Positions 36,535 through 50,212 of a stretch of DNA of 64,000 nucleotides are shown here, piece by piece. Within the stretch, counting starts at the first letter, position 1; each line of letters starts with the position of its first letter. The stretch comes from Squalus acanthias. Lineage: Eukaryota. The notes beneath the pieces were generated by a model that was not told the DNA's origin, did no database searches, and saw only the letters and a list, made by a program, of their open reading frames with translations. The stretch spans positions 51,524,001-51,588,000 of the forward strand of contig CM059432.1 in assembly GCA_030390025.1 (NCBI GenBank). The letters are read 5' to 3'. The translations under genes and the position numbers were made by a program.

Positions 36535-39500
36535 GGAAAGAGCTGTACTCCTGGGACGGGCTCCACCTGAACCGGAGTGGGACCAGTGTCCTAGCGGAAA
36601 GGATAAATAGAGCTGCCGATAGGATTTTAAACTTGTAAGATGGAGGGAGGAATCTGATGAAAATAAGATAAGTCTGAAGATAAAAGAAATAGGAGATGAG
36701 AATAAAGGTCAGACCAAGGTAAGATTAACAAACAGCCAGGGAACAAATACAGTTATAAAATAGAAGCATAAAAGGACTATTAAAAATAAATTAAAAGGAA
36801 CAAGTATTAAAAACAAATTAAACTGCCTGTACAGCAATGTACGCAGCATCCAAAATAAAACAGGGGAATTGGAGGCAATAATCCGTGGTGAGGAACCAGA
36901 TGTAGCAGGCATAACTGAAACATGGCTACATAACAAACAGGGCTGGCAACTAAATATTGCAGGTTATAACATACTCAGAAAGGATAGGGGAGGAAGAAGG
37001 GGGTGGGGTAGCTATACTAAATAACGATAACATAATGGAAGTAGAAAAAAGGGACATAACTAACAGAAGGATAGAAACAGAATCCATATGGATTGAAATA
37101 AAAGATAAGGTTTCAATCACGTTAATAGGGGTAGACTACAAACCATCCAATACTGGAAAGGAGATGGAGGAAGAAATATGTAAGTAAATATGTGAATGAG
37201 TAAAGGGCATAGAATAATACTAATGGAGATTTTAACTACCCCCAAATAAATTGCCAAGAGGTATCGAAAGGGGTACAGAGAATGGAGTTTTTACAGTGTG
37301 TACAGGACTCCTTACCCAGTATGTAAAAAGCCCAATAAGAGAGGGAGCACTGCTGGATCTAGTAATGGGAAATGAACCAGAACAGATAAGAGAAGTAAGC
37401 ATAGGGGAAAATCCAGACAATAGCGATCACAACATAGTAAAGTTTAAGATAAAGATTGAGAAGGACATAAGCAAGAAAAAGATTGAAGTAATAAATTGGA
37501 AGAAAGCTGAGTTTAAGGGGATGAGAATTGAATTAGGGAAACTACAAAATTAAATTATCAAGGAATATAAAAAGAAATAGTAAAGTATTCTACAGACACA
37601 TAAATAACAAATGAAAAATCAGGATAGGGATAGGACCACTAAGGGATGCACAAGCTAAACTCATAGGTAATGACAGTGGAATGACAGAAATATTGAATAG
37701 TTACTTTGCCTCGGTATTTACCAGCGAGACTAACAAGGTGACATGACATTAGAAGAAGAGATCAAAAAAGATATAAAGGCATTTAAGATAGAAAGGGGGA
37801 AATAATTGATCAACGAATCAAAACTAGTGAGAATAAAACCCCAGGTCTAGATGGATTGCATCCACATATATTAAAATAAGTTAGGGAAGAAAGAGCAGGT
37901 ACACTATTACATATATATAAAACAATTCATTAGAAAAGGGAATAGTGCTAGAGGACTAGAGAGATGTAATAGAAAAACATCGAGAAACTGAAAATATAAT
38001 AAAGAATAGTCAGCACGGATTTCAAAAGGGAATGCCATGCTTGACCAATCTTATTGAATTATTTGAAGAAGTAACAGAGGGCCGACAAGGACAATGCAGT
38101 AGGTGTAATATATTTGGATTTTCAAAAGGCCTTCAATAAGGTACCACATAGTAAAGTCATGACGAAGGTCAGAACATGTGGTGTCAGGGAACAAGGAGCA
38201 GAATGGATAGCTAGCTGGTTACATAACAGAAAACAGAGAGTAGGGGTTAAAGGTTGTTACTCAGACTGGCAAAAGCTGTGAAGTGGTGTTCCACAGGGAT
38301 CAGTGCTGGGACCACTGTTGTTCACCATTAACATAAATGATTTAAGCTTGGGAATCAGAGGGACAATTTCAAAATTTGCGGACCACCTCAAATTGGGGGG
38401 CATAGTTAATACAGAGAAGGATTGCGACAAACTACAGGAAGACATTAATAAACTTGCAGAATGGGCATGTAACTGTCAAATGAACTTCAATATAGATAAG
38501 TGTGATGTCATACATTTTGGTAGGAAGAATAAAGAGGCCACATATTCCTTGGAAATTAAGGGCTGAATTTTAATGGGGAAGGCGGCTTAGGGGCGGATGG
38601 GAGGGGTGTTCTGAGGAGGTTGGGAAACCCAGGAGAATGGATTTCGCGCAGGCCCTGCCGAATTTAATGGCGTGACTGATTTGAATGGGAAGACTCTGTT
38701 TCCCACCCGCATCCAGCCAGATTGAGAGGCTGACTGGCTCCGGGTGGATAGGCCTGTAGCACTAGGCCACACAGAGGAAGGAGGGAGGGGCTGGGAGCGG
38801 CCGGAGGAGTCGGGTGGGGGAGTTCTGAAAAGATCAGGGGTGGCCGGAGGAGCGGGGGTGGGGATCCTAACATCGCGATCGCTGGCTGGGACCACCACGG
38901 TGAGGGGCGGGGGGGGGTGTGGGGGGAAGTGTCCAGAACATCACGGGCTGGCCAGAGGAGCAAGGGGGGCTGCAGAACATCGCGATCGAGGGCCGGGACC
39001 AGCACGGGGGGTGGGGCCTCCAGAACATCGCGGGCCAGCCGGAGGAATGAGGGGTGTCTGAAGGGATCGGGGGCCAGAGGAGCAGCACATGGGGGTGGGT
39101 TCGGGTGAGAATTGGGCCGGGAGCAGCATGGGGAGGGCCAAAGGAGCAGGGAGGGAGGGGCGAGGAGGCCTCATGAGAGGATTGGTGGCCTTGTTGAGGT
39201 GGGGGTGTGGAGGAGGCTTGGTGGGGGGATTGGAGGCCTTGTCGTGGGGTCTCCGACCGCGGAGGGTGGGTTGGGCAGGGACCCTGGATCCAGGAGATAA
39301 GTGTAAAGTCACTTACCTCCTGAATCCTTCAGTCCTCGCCTTGATTTAGCTGGCTGGTTTCACGAGGTGTGCAAAACCCCACTAGCTAAAGTTAAATACA
39401 AAATGGAGTTTAAAGAAGAGGCTTCCAGCCTCATTATAATATTTAAATAGACGACCCGCCTCCTGGCAGCGGTTTGGTTGCCCGCTCTCATTCCGCCGCC

Positions 39501-39672
39501 GTTAAAACCGGAAGTGGACGGGTTGGAGGCAGCTTCAGGCCGGGATTCAGATTTTTAACACTTTAACTAACCCCCATCCCCAACCCACCCTTTTTTTAAG
39601 GTTAAAACTCCCCCCTAATTGTCTAAATGGGGTAGCGGAGTAGAGGGATCTGGGGGTACAGATACACAAATA
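36535..39672 (+). mobile_element. Decayed CR1 (end of ORF1, EN, RT) split by a MITE
   Basis: [43 protein letters not shown]. Resumes after 39618 with RDLGVQIH. Confidence 0.9.
38560..39615. mobile_element. GC-rich Harbinger-type MITE with internal degenerate tandem repeats
   Basis: TIRs gggctgaatttt / aaaactcccccc, TSD TAA (38557-38559, 39616-39618), repeated cagaacatcgcg units. Confidence 0.88.
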
Positions 39673-39674
39673 AG

Positions 39675-40161
39675 GCCATAAGAAAAGCAAACAAAGCAGT
39701 GGGGGTGAGACTGCAGGGAAGGGGTCTTTAGATCGTGGGGGTGTTGGCCAATCATGGGGAGGGAGGCAAATCATAGCAGGTTAGCTTGAGGGGCCAGCGG
39801 AAAGCACTCCTGTTCCTCGGGACCCACAAGCAGTGCTGGAAAAACACTTAACTGCTGGATCTAGCAGTTCTCACCTCCCTTTAGCTGCCTGGTTTCCTGG
39901 GCCCCGGAAAACCCGGCCCACAGCCGTTAGATCCAAATCGCTGCTAAAATCTGAGGCACGCAGTGTCATTAACATATTATAATTACTGACCCACATCTTG
40001 AGAGCAGGTTATTCGCCTGCCTCCACCCCCACCCCAAAAATGCCCTGGTTAAACCGGAAGTATGCGCAGTGTGCCGTGTGTTGGAGACGGTTTCGCATTT
40101 TTAAGAATTTAACCTCCCCCCGTCCCTTTCCCGCCCATCCTGGGTGGTTAACTCTATGCCC
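39675..40161. mobile_element. Right part of a related GC-rich MITE
   Basis: Shares gcactcctg..cccacaagcagtgctg, ggaaaacccggcc and aaaccggaag blocks with 18400-19225 and 38560-39615. Confidence 0.6.
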
Positions 40162-41311
40162 ATTTGGCCTCATCCATTAAGAATTGTGCTGTGTATGTAA
40201 ATTTAAACAAGATTTTTTTAATTACAATTATTCCACGATTACAGTACATCCACAGCATGCAGTGGTACATCGTGGTAGTGAATTAGCTTTGATGGTCTGG
40301 GTTGTGGATGAGTCTGGAGACTGATTCCTGGTTTTGATACCGGCACTGTGTGTCGTTCAGCACTTTATTTGAATGGACAGAAAGTGATGTGGGCTGCACT
40401 GCCCTCAGTACCTCACCTCCGCGAGCCATGCACCAAAACCACTAATTCATAAAATCACCCCCAGATTCCTTGCAGATCTACCATGGTGTTGCTTGTTGTG
40501 AGCCAGAGGATATATTGGGTTATGCTTTCACAAGATAATTACGAATGAGGGAGGTCATTCAGCCCATCTCAGTTCATCTGATGAGGTGGGGAGAGGTGGT
40601 TGGTGGGGCACAGGAGGACTGAGGAATATGGGGTTGCTGGGTGTGGGCATATTGAGAGAGCTTTTCCTGGGATGTGAAACTCCTGGTAATGTTGTGTCAG
40701 TGAAAATACAGTGGTGGAAGAGGTTCATGTGAATGTATTTGAGCACTGACAGCAGGGTCCTAGGGAGGAATATTAGGGAGTCCCAGGCTGATAACACTGG
40801 GTGTGGAAGTTATGAGGTCTGGGAACATTGGGATGGGGCCTCAGGAGGGCGCTAGAGCATTATCGCCAGTGCGAGGCGAATCCAATGCCTCACGCCAAAT
40901 ACCGCCCTCAACCTCCCCCCCACCCCCCTGCCCCGCAGCGCCACCGCTAACAGTTATCACCTGGAGCCTCAATGCCAGGTTGATTGTGACGTCAGTGAGT
41001 GTGCAACGCTCACTGAGTGCCCGATCTGTGAAATTGATTATCGCCACCTACCTTAGCGCCTGGAGTAAACAGCAACAGGGAGAGCTGGTGTAAAGCACCA
41101 GGAAGCTGGCTCCAGGGAAGTTATTTAAAGTGATCATCAGTAATGAGTCGCAGCTGTAGGTTAGTGGAGTTTCAGTGCTTTCTTGTCAGTTTGACATAGT
41201 CCCACAGTCTCTTTCCGTAATTTCAATGTTATTTAGTATCAGGAGTGTTGTGGCAACTAAAAAGTAGCTACATTCTTAAAAAAAATCAAACTGCTACACT
41301 TGGTTATATTA

Positions 41312-42353
41312 ATGGGGGCTTGACTGACAGTTGACCTCGCCCTCCAGGATCTATGGCGGAGGGAGCAGAGGCAGTGAGAAAGACTGGAACATGTGCCTAG
41401 AGGGAGGAGGAGGGACATCAGGGCTCTCAACAGGAGGCCTTAGCCTCTGAGGGTATTCCAAGAGCACTTCTCCTAGCTCAAATTAAGCAAGGAGCAGTGT
41501 ATTAGAAGGCTCCACTTCACCAAGGAGGTGGTCATGGAATTCTGCCACCTCCTGCAACCAGACCTCCAGCCTCAGATCAGGGCGACCACGGCTCTCTCAG
41601 TGGCAGTCAAGGTCACCGTCGCCCTCAATTTATTTGCCAGTGGATCCTTCTAGTCTGCAACAGGAGACATAGCTATCATCTCGCAGTTCGCCATCCATTG
41701 CTGCATCCAGGAGGTCATGGGCTCTCTACAGTAGGAGAAGGGATTACATTTCCTTCACCATCACCTGAGATCTTCCGTTACCGTAAAGGCTACCACTCAC
41801 TTAATATGCAGTTGGTGTGCGTCCACAGACAGCTAATCCTCAATGTCAATGCCCGCTATCCTGGCAGCAGCCACAATGCCTTCATCCTGCCCCAGACCGG
41901 TGTGCCAGCACTCTTTCAGCCACCACGTCAAGCTCGCGGTTGGCTGCTCGGAGACAAGGGCTATCCGCTCTCCACCTGGCCCATGACTCCCCTCCGCAAC
42001 CCCAACACTCCTGCCCAGCACTCATATAATGAGAGCCATGCTGCCACCAGGAACATCATCGAGTAGACCATCGGTTTCGCTACCTTGACCGCTCGGGAGG
42101 AGCCCTCCAGTACTCGGCTGAGCGGGTGTCCCATTTCGTGTTGGTCTGCTGCATGCTCCACAACTTGGCCATCATGAGGGCCCAGCCCTTTCCACCAGGG
42201 ATTGCGGGACCACCTCTGGAGGAGGAAGAGGGAGAGGAGGAGGATGAAGAGGAAGAGGAAGATGAGGAGGAGGACGAGGAACAGGAGTGAGGGAGGAGGC
42301 AGCCACTCAATCGGCCTTCCAGAAGGGCAGTCCGTGACTGCGGTTCCGATTAA
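41312..42353 (+). pseudogene. Harbinger transposase pseudogene
   Basis: MGA...EQCIRRLHFTKEVV..., RKGYHSLNMQLVC, LLGDKGY, CCMLHN. In-frame stops, and a deletion has removed the GAIDCTH region. Confidence 0.92.
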
Positions 42354-42516
42354 TTAAACCCCAGATCCCCGTTGCTCACCACATCCCCATCATTCCATCT
42401 CCATCGCAGGCCATATCACAGCGCAAAGCTGAAATGAGACACACCACAAAAGAATCCAAACTGAATCAATAAATTTATCAAAAATCAGTGAACACATATT
42501 TACAACAAAAATATTA

Positions 42517-44090
42517 ACTATTCGCCCTAGTGCAGTCCCTTAGTGCCCGTCGTTACTGTGCCTTTGCCTACTCTAGTGCTCCTACGAAGTGTTGGCCCAG
42601 TGGCTGCAGCAGGGCTGGTGGAAGGTTGCTGAGTGTCCATGCGGGAGACTTCAGATGACCTTGCAGGACGCCCTCGACCAAACCCTTACACCTCAGCATC
42701 CCTAGCTATCTGTTGGAGCACAGATTGCTGGCCTGCTGCAACACCGTGAAAGCCCCAGTCGATGGTGGTAGACCCAGCCACAATGGCAGCAGTCAGAGCT
42801 TGCGTGGCATCAAGCTGAGACTGCATGAGAGCAGTCTGAGATTGGATGCCACCAAGCATAGACTGCATTACTGCACAAAGACGTTGCGTCGCTTCTGCCT
42901 GTGCTGCAATGGAAACTTCCAGATCGCCCATTACACGCGCCATCAGGTCTGGGTCGCCACGGTCTCTCTGGGAGTCTACCATCCTTTGCAGACTGGAAAT
43001 GTTGGGCTCCATGGTGTGCGCAGAGCTTTGTGCAATGTTGAAGGTGGACTCCTCCACGCTCCTTACCATTGCCGAGAGGCTCTCGGGCACCCTTGCCATT
43101 GCACCTATCATTGCCGTGTGCATAGCCATCACCCTTCTTCTAAACGCCTCCCCATCGAGGTCCTCATCCGAGTCCTGTGCAGCAGAACTTGTGCGCGAAC
43201 TCACCCTCCAGGGAGCTGACTCCCGAGCTACCTTTTCCCCTGGCCTTGCTGCAGCCCACTCGTCCCCAGTGCCTCACCCTGTGCAGATCCCACTACTATA
43301 CTAGCCTCTAAAGAACGCGTAGTGCCAGTATCCGAGCTGGTGCCTGCAGGTGAGAGAGGCAGTGACGCAGTGTGTTCTTCCTCCTCCTCTTCTCCCGCAT
43401 CGCTCTCTATGGTGCCCTCAGGGACAGGCTGCTCAGGTGCTTGCTCATTATCTGAAAGCATAAAGGCACAAGAGTCGGTTTAAGGTGAGGGGAGGGGGGC
43501 AGGAAGGTAGAAATGCATGCATACAGCATGATTAGCTGGAAAGTCTGAAACTCTTGTGGGGTGAGGGGAAGTGATATGTAAGAAGAAGGAGTAGGGATAA
43601 ACATACCGTTGTTGTCCCCAAGATGGTCAATGCCGCCGGTGGCGCCCAATAATCTGCAGCACTCTATTTTCCAGCGCAGACCGTGGTTGGGTGTTAACTT
43701 GTCCCCCGCCTGTGCGCTCTATCTCCCTCCTGTTGTGAGCCACCTTGGCCTGCAAGAGAAAGGAAATTGTGTGTGTGAGTGAGTGTGGAGCAATGTGTTT
43801 GCATGATGTGCCTGCCATAGTTGAATAGCCATCATTGTGTGCAAGGTGTGAGATGTGGCTGTGAGTGTTGGTAGGAGAGATTGTTGGTGGGGATGTGGTG
43901 CTTTGGGCAGTGTGTGAAGACTGTGGTTCAGATGGTGGTATGTAGCATTTGTTGAAGCATTCACTCACGCAGACCACCCGAGCGAGGTCATTGAGTTTCT
44001 TCCTGCACTGTGTGTGGGTCCTGGGGACCACAGTGCTGCCCAAGACGTGCTGTACTACCTCCCTCTACGTGTGGGCTCTCTCCCTGGGGT
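42517..44090 (-). pseudogene. Harbinger Myb/SANT partner pseudogene (family 2)
   Basis: QCRKKLNDLAR, QAKVAHNRREIERTGGG, and an exon 3 collinear with 7560-6455. Several deletions. Confidence 0.88.
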
Positions 44091-45134
44091 GTACGGCTGT
44101 TTCAGTCCTCCGGCTCCTTCTCCTTGAGCAGCAGCAGGTACTGAAAAAAGCCTGTGGCAATCATGACTTGCAATTAGACTGCACCCGATATTGGTCCACC
44201 CTTTGAGTGTAACGCTTAAAGATTTGAATTAGGACTCCAATCATTTCTTTGAGCAGTGAGCACGAATTTTGCATGCAGTCTAAAGCATTAGCGCCTGGTG
44301 CCAATTCTCCAACTTTTCTAATGATACCGCCCATTCCTGGGCTATAATGAATTTCTAGCCCATCATGTGGTGCTGTCACTCCCCATCCTTGCAGAATCTT
44401 AATATTTTTTAATTCCCCACTCTTCTTCAGCTGCCCTGGAGGCAACCGATCCCATTATGCTGTTGCACCCGAGGCCTATAGCAGCAATTCCCCAAGGGGG
44501 GATACATTTCACTGATTCAGAGAAAACTCACTCAAATTATTTTAAGGTGCTCGGCAAACCCAATTGGCAGAGCTGGCTGTGCATCCTTGTCAGGGTTGCA
44601 GGCATTGGGCAGTGGGGAAGTCCTGGCCTGCCAAAGCTGCACCACTAGTTTTCCTGGGAGGAAAATTAGCCTCTTAGATCGATGAGATGCTTTACCCAAG
44701 GTGCTGAAATTAAATCTGGGATAATGCAACATAGCAGTTACAGTGGCAACACGCCAGTGTCAATAAAACATTGAATTATGAAGTGAAAATAAAAATCTAC
44801 ATTTATGACAATTTCATGCAAACATTGGTTTCATGTGACAAGGTGATGAGCATAAATGGCAAACCTTTGATCTATATGACTTAACATGCAAGTAAAGTTC
44901 CGTACTGTGCATGCAGGGTGTCAGCACTTATCAGGTAATAGTGGAAAGTCTTACAAAGTAGAGGAGAAATGTTATGATTTGTTTAGAATGGCTTATGACC
45001 CTCACATTCAAACACTGTTTCATTTCCTTTGTTCTAATAAAAGCATAAAAATTCATTTTTGCTACTTGATGTCTGTTTTAAAAAGAGTGTCATATCATCC
45101 AAGCATGAAGAACAAGGATACTTCACCCATTTAA

Positions 45135-48019
45135 GGGAATGGTAGCATAGTGGTTATGTTACTAGCGCTAGTAATCTAAAGGTTTGGATTAATGATCAGG
45201 GGGACATGAGTTCAAATCCCATCATGACAGCTAGGGAATTTAAATTCAGTTAATTAAATTTTTAAAAATCTGGAATAAAAAGCTAGTATCAGTAATGGTG
45301 ACCATGAAACTATCGGATTGTTGTAAAAACCCATCTGGTTCACTAAATGTCCTTTAGGGAAGGAAATCTGCCGTCCTTACCTGGTCTGGCCTATATGTGA
45401 CTCCAGACCCACAGCAATGTGGTTGGCTCTTAACTGCCCTCTGAAATGGCCTAGCAAGCCACTCAGTTGTAAAAAAAACACTACAAAAAACAATAAAAAT
45501 AAAACCGGACGGACCACCCGGCATCGACCACGGCACTGGCTACGGACACGACAACGGCACACCCAGCTCAATCGACCCTGCAACGTCCTCCTCACCAACA
45601 TCTGGGGACTTGTGCCAAAATTGGGAGAGCTGTCCCACAGACTAGTCAAGCAACAGCCTGACATAGTCCTACTCACAGAATCATACCTTTCAGCCAATGT
45701 CCCAAACTCCTCCATCACCATCCCTGGGTATGTCCTGTCCCACCGGCAGGACAGACCCACCAGGGGTAGCGGCGCAGTGATATACAGTTGGAAAGGACTA
45801 CTGCCCTCCCTCAGCTGATGAATCAGTACTCATCCATGTTGAACACCACTTGGAAGAAGCAAGGGCACAGAATGTACCCTGGGTGGGGGACTTCAATGTC
45901 CATCACCAAAAGTGGCTCAGTAGCACCACTACTGACCGAGCTGGCTGAGTCCTGAAGGACTTAACTGCCAGTCTGGGCCTGCGACAGGTGGTAAGAGAAC
46001 CAACACAAGGGAAAAACGTTCTTGACCTCATCCTCACCAATCTACCTGTCGCAGATGCAACTGTCCATGACAGCATTGGTAGCAGTGACCACCGCCCATT
46101 CACTGTGGAGACGAAGTCCCGTCTTCACACTGAGGACACCCTCCATCGTGTTGTGTAGCACTACCACCGTGCTAAATGGGATAGATTCAGAACAGATCTA
46201 GCAGCTCAAAACTGGGCATCCATGAGGCGCTGTGGGCCATCAGCAGCAGCAGAATTGTATTCCACCACAATCTGTAACCTCAGCACATCCCTCACTCTAC
46301 CATTACCATCAAGCCAGGGGACCAACTATCTTTTGCAACTATCTTCAGCCAGAAGTGCTGAGTGAATGATCCATATCGGTCTCCTCCTGAGGTTCCCACC
46401 ACCACAGAAGCCAGTCTTCAGCCAATTCGACTCACTCCACATGATATCAAGAAACGGCTGAGCGCACTGGATACAGCAAAGGCTGTAGGCCCCGAAAACA
46501 TCCCGGCTGTCATGCTGAAGACTTGTGCTCCAGAACAGCCGCGCCTCTAGTCAAGCTGTTCCAATACAGCTATAACACTGGCATCTATCCGACAATGTGG
46601 AAAACTGCCCAGGTATGTCCTGTCCACAAAAAGCAGGACAAATCCAATCCAGCCAATTACCGCTCCATCAGTCTACTCTCAATCATCAGCAAAGTGATGG
46701 AAGGTGTCGTCGACAGTGCTATCAAGCAGCACTTACTCACCAATAACCTGCTCACTGATGCCCAGTTTGGGTTCCGCCAGGACCACTCGGCTCCAGACCT
46801 CATTACAGCCTTGGTCCAAACATGGACAAAAGAGCTGAATTCTAGAGGTGAGGTGAGAGTGACTGCCCTTGACACGAAGGCAGCATTTGACCGAGTGTGA
46901 CATCAAGGAACCCTATTAAAACTGAAGTCAATGGGAATCGGGGGTGGGGGGGTGCGGGGGAACTTTCCACTGGCTGGAGTCATACCTAGCACAAAGGAAG
47001 ATGGTTGTGGTGGTTAGAGATCAATCATCACAGCCCCAGGACATCACTGCAGGAGTTCCTCAGGGCAGTGTGCTAGGCCCAACCATCTTCAGCTTCTTCA
47101 TCAATGACCTTCCCTCCATCATAAGGTCAGAAGTGGGGATGTTCATTGATGAATGCACAGTGTTTAGTGCCATTCATAACTCCTCAGATAATGAAGCAGT
47201 CCATGCCCACATGCAGCAAGACCTGGATGACATTCAGGCTTGGGCTGATAAGTGGCAGGTAACATTCGCACCACACAAGTGCCAGGCAATGACTATCTCC
47301 AATAAGCGAGCCTCTAACCATCGCCACTTGACATTCAACGGCATTACCATCGCCGAATCCCCCACCATCAATATCCTGGGGGGTCACCATTGACCAAAAG
47401 CTTAACTGGACCAGCCACATAAATACTGTGGCAACAAGAGCAGGTCAGAGGCTGGGTATTCTGCGGCAGTGTCTCACCTCCTGACTCCCCAAAGATTTTC
47501 CACTATCTACAAGGCACAAGTCAGGAGTGTGATGGAATACTCTCCACTTGCTTGGATGAGTGCAGCTCCAACAACACTCAAGAAGCTTGACACCATCCAA
47601 GACAAGGCAGCCCACTTGATAGACACCACATCCACCACCTTCAACATTCACTCCCTCCACCACCGGCGTACCGTGGCCGCAGTGTGTACCATCTACAAGA
47701 TGCACTGTAACAACTTACCAAGGCTTCTTCAGCAGCACCTCCCAAAAATGCAACCTTGACCACCTAGAAGGACAAGGGCAGCAGGCACCTCCAAGTTACC
47801 CTCCAAGCCACACACCATCCTGACTTGGAAGTATATCACCGTTCCTTCATCATCGCTGAGTCAAAATCTTGGAGCTCACTCCCTAACAGTACCTTCATCA
47901 CACGGACTGCAGCCACTCAAGAAGACGGCTCACCACCACCTTCTCAAGGGCAACTAGGGATGGGCAATAAATGCTGGCCTTGCCAGCGATGCCCACATCC
48001 CATGAACAAATAAAAAAAA
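45135..48019 (+). mobile_element. Single-ORF EN-RT LINE (CR1/L2/Zenon-like) with a tRNA-like 5' head, decayed and internally deleted
   Basis: A-box tagcatagtgg (45143-45153), B-box agttcaaatcc (45209-45219). [50 protein letters not shown]-rich tail at 48008-48019. Confidence 0.88.
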
Positions 48020-48419
48020 TACATAGCCAGCTTTGCCACTGGGGTTTGTGTCAAAGCAATGCGATCAATCTTGGTATTTATGGCTGAGTGAGAATGATAA
48101 GAAGTTGTAGCTGAGAATGATTGTACTGTGGCTGTGAGTCAAGTGGCATTGCTGAACTGTAGTGATTCATCCATTTGACATCCAAATTGCCAATATCGAA
48201 GGAAAGGAATTAGTTTCAAGGCAGTAGTGTTTCATCTGGAAGAGAATGTAGACGTCACAAATCAATTCATCAAGATGTTCAGGCTTAAAAGAAGTCTGAC
48301 TGTAGCATGTTTTGAAGGAAACCAAAATTGTATTTTGATAGCAAATTATGAGATAGAATTGCCACTCAGTCAAGGAATACTTATATTCCATTAAAAAAGA
48401 AGTAAATTACTCATAGTTT

Positions 48420-49620
48420 AGGCTTAACTAAAAAGCTTAGAAACTAATTAAAATTGAATAATGAAAAAACTAAAGAAGAATATGAGAAAATAAGAAAAGA
48501 GGTTAAGAGCAGGATAAAGAAAGCTAAGAATGAGAATGAAATTTAAAAAAAAATATGAAACGGAACATGAAAAGCGTTTACATAAATATATCAGTCAAAA
48601 ATAATTTTTAAAAGGGAGGTAGGACACTTGAGGGGAGAGGATTTTGAATTTGTACATGATGATCAAAAAATGGCAGAGATATTTAATAAGTACTTTGCAT
48701 CAGTCTGTATTAAAGAGAAAGATATCAGAGGTGTAAGACATGTGGAAATTGCCCCTCGCTCCGTCCAACAGTTTCCAAAATTCAGACCCGTCGAACAGAC
48801 AACACAAAACCCAATGAATCTGTGAAACTTCTTTTACTTAAAAATCAGCAAGAGATTACAAGTAAGCATCCAATAGTTATGTAGTGTATAACAATTCCCA
48901 ATTATACCTCAGTATACACAGAGCTATCCCTGTACTTTAAGCTCAAGCAAAACACCACATACGTACCAACACCAGCGAGTGGTCAATCCAACAGTGACTA
49001 GAAGTATGATTTCTGGCAACTGACCAGGTCGCCCGGCTGCAGCAGCGAGTGGTCAATTTACAGCATCTTTTATACCCCAAAACTTGGCAACCCTCCCACT
49101 GCGTACGTGTCCATAACTATACGGCATTAGTTGTTTTTCAGTTACTCTTATCAATAGTCCATTAAGCATCCGTGGGCTTCAAGGCCGGTTACATTCCATA
49201 GTCTGAAGATGATTTTGTCTTTGCACTGATTCCACAGCTCAATAGTTTGTTCCCACAGAACTTTCAAAGTCTGTTTTCCATATCTGTTGAAAGACAATTG
49301 GCAGCTTTCACAGCTTCCAACCACGGCATCTTATTTTGCGAAGTTCTCACAGCAACCAGTCTTTTGTCCTTGCGAAGCATGATGGTACATAAAATGTGGT
49401 CAACTTTTAAGTTTGGTCAAGTTACATCAAAAGTTACAGCAAATCGTGTGTTCTTACAGAGGAAGTGAATCCTGAAGGTGTTGAAAGCGAGAAGAGTGAT
49501 ATCATGACGGATAAAAAGAACATTTTAGATAAGTTAGGTTAAAGGAAGTCAAAGCACTGGGCCAGTCGAGATACATCCTCGGATCCTGAGGGAGATGAGG
49601 GAAGAAATTGTCAAGGTCCT
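48420..49620 (+). mobile_element. Old CR1 ORF2 fragment interrupted by a solo LTR
   Basis: MAEIFNKYFASV before the LTR and G.V.IHPRILREMREEI after it. Confidence 0.7.
48732..49458 (-). mobile_element. Solo LTR (727 bp), Gypsy- or ERV-type
   Basis: Termini TGTAAGA...TCTTACA, 4-bp TSD GAGG (48728-48731, 49459-49462), TATAAAA on the minus strand at about 49068-49074. Confidence 0.8.
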
Positions 49621-49706
49621 CGGTTTCACTACTTAGGAAGGTTACCTTCCATTTTGATTTCCCAGTGTAAGCGCTCTTTGCAAATTACTGCTGCTTAACA
49701 GCTTAA

Positions 49707-50042
49707 CATAGGAACCGAGGAACAGTAGTACGCCATTGAGCCCCTCGAGCCTGTTCTGCCATTCAATGAGATCATGGCTGATCTGCGTCCTAACTCCATA
49801 TACCCGCCTTTGGTCCATATCCCTTAATACCTTTGGTTAACAAAAATCAATTAACCTCAGATTTAAAATTAACAACTGATCTAGCATCAATTGTCATTTG
49901 TGGAAGAGAGTTCCAAACTTCTATCACCCTTTGTGTGTAGAAGTGATTTCTAATTTCACTTCTAAAAGGTCTGGCTCTAATTTTTAGTCTATGCCCCCTA
50001 GTCCTAAACTCCCAACCAGCGGAAATAGTTTCTCTCTATCTA
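49707..50042 (-). mobile_element. CR1 3' fragment
   Basis: The 3' UTR matches other CR1 tails (cccctcgagcctgttctgccattcaatgagatcatggctgatc). Confidence 0.85.
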
Positions 50043-50212
50043 CAGTGTCAGCTGTGGCTCAGTGAGTAGCACTCTCTAGGTGGGAGGGGCTAGGAGTGAG
50101 CAGGTGCTGCTGGGTGCTTGATTACTGCAGGGAGTTGGAGTGCATTTGTAAAAAGTTGGTGGTGTTTTTTTTTCAGGTTTTAGAGTCTTTTTGGTCCTTA
50201 AACAGCAGCCAG

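Larger units (their letters stand above)
40846..44361 (+). mobile_element. Decayed Harbinger family 2, copy 2 (left TIR lost)
   Basis: Right TIR tgaatttctagccc, transposase and Myb pseudogenes, collinear with 6219-9599. Confidence 0.9.

Noticed and set aside
38860..39045. CRISPR-like spaced repeats (cagaacatcgcg)
   Set aside because: They are degenerate tandem units inside a eukaryotic MITE, with no unique spacers and no cas genes.
38587..39349. Multiple overlapping Gly/Pro-rich ORFs (also 18649-18938 and 58529-59000)
   Set aside because: These are stop-poor GC-rich MITE interiors open in several frames, with no domain signal.
45140..45225. tRNA gene (also 50050-50076 with 54363-54415)
   Set aside because: A and B boxes are present but I see no complete cloverleaf; these are SINE-type heads.
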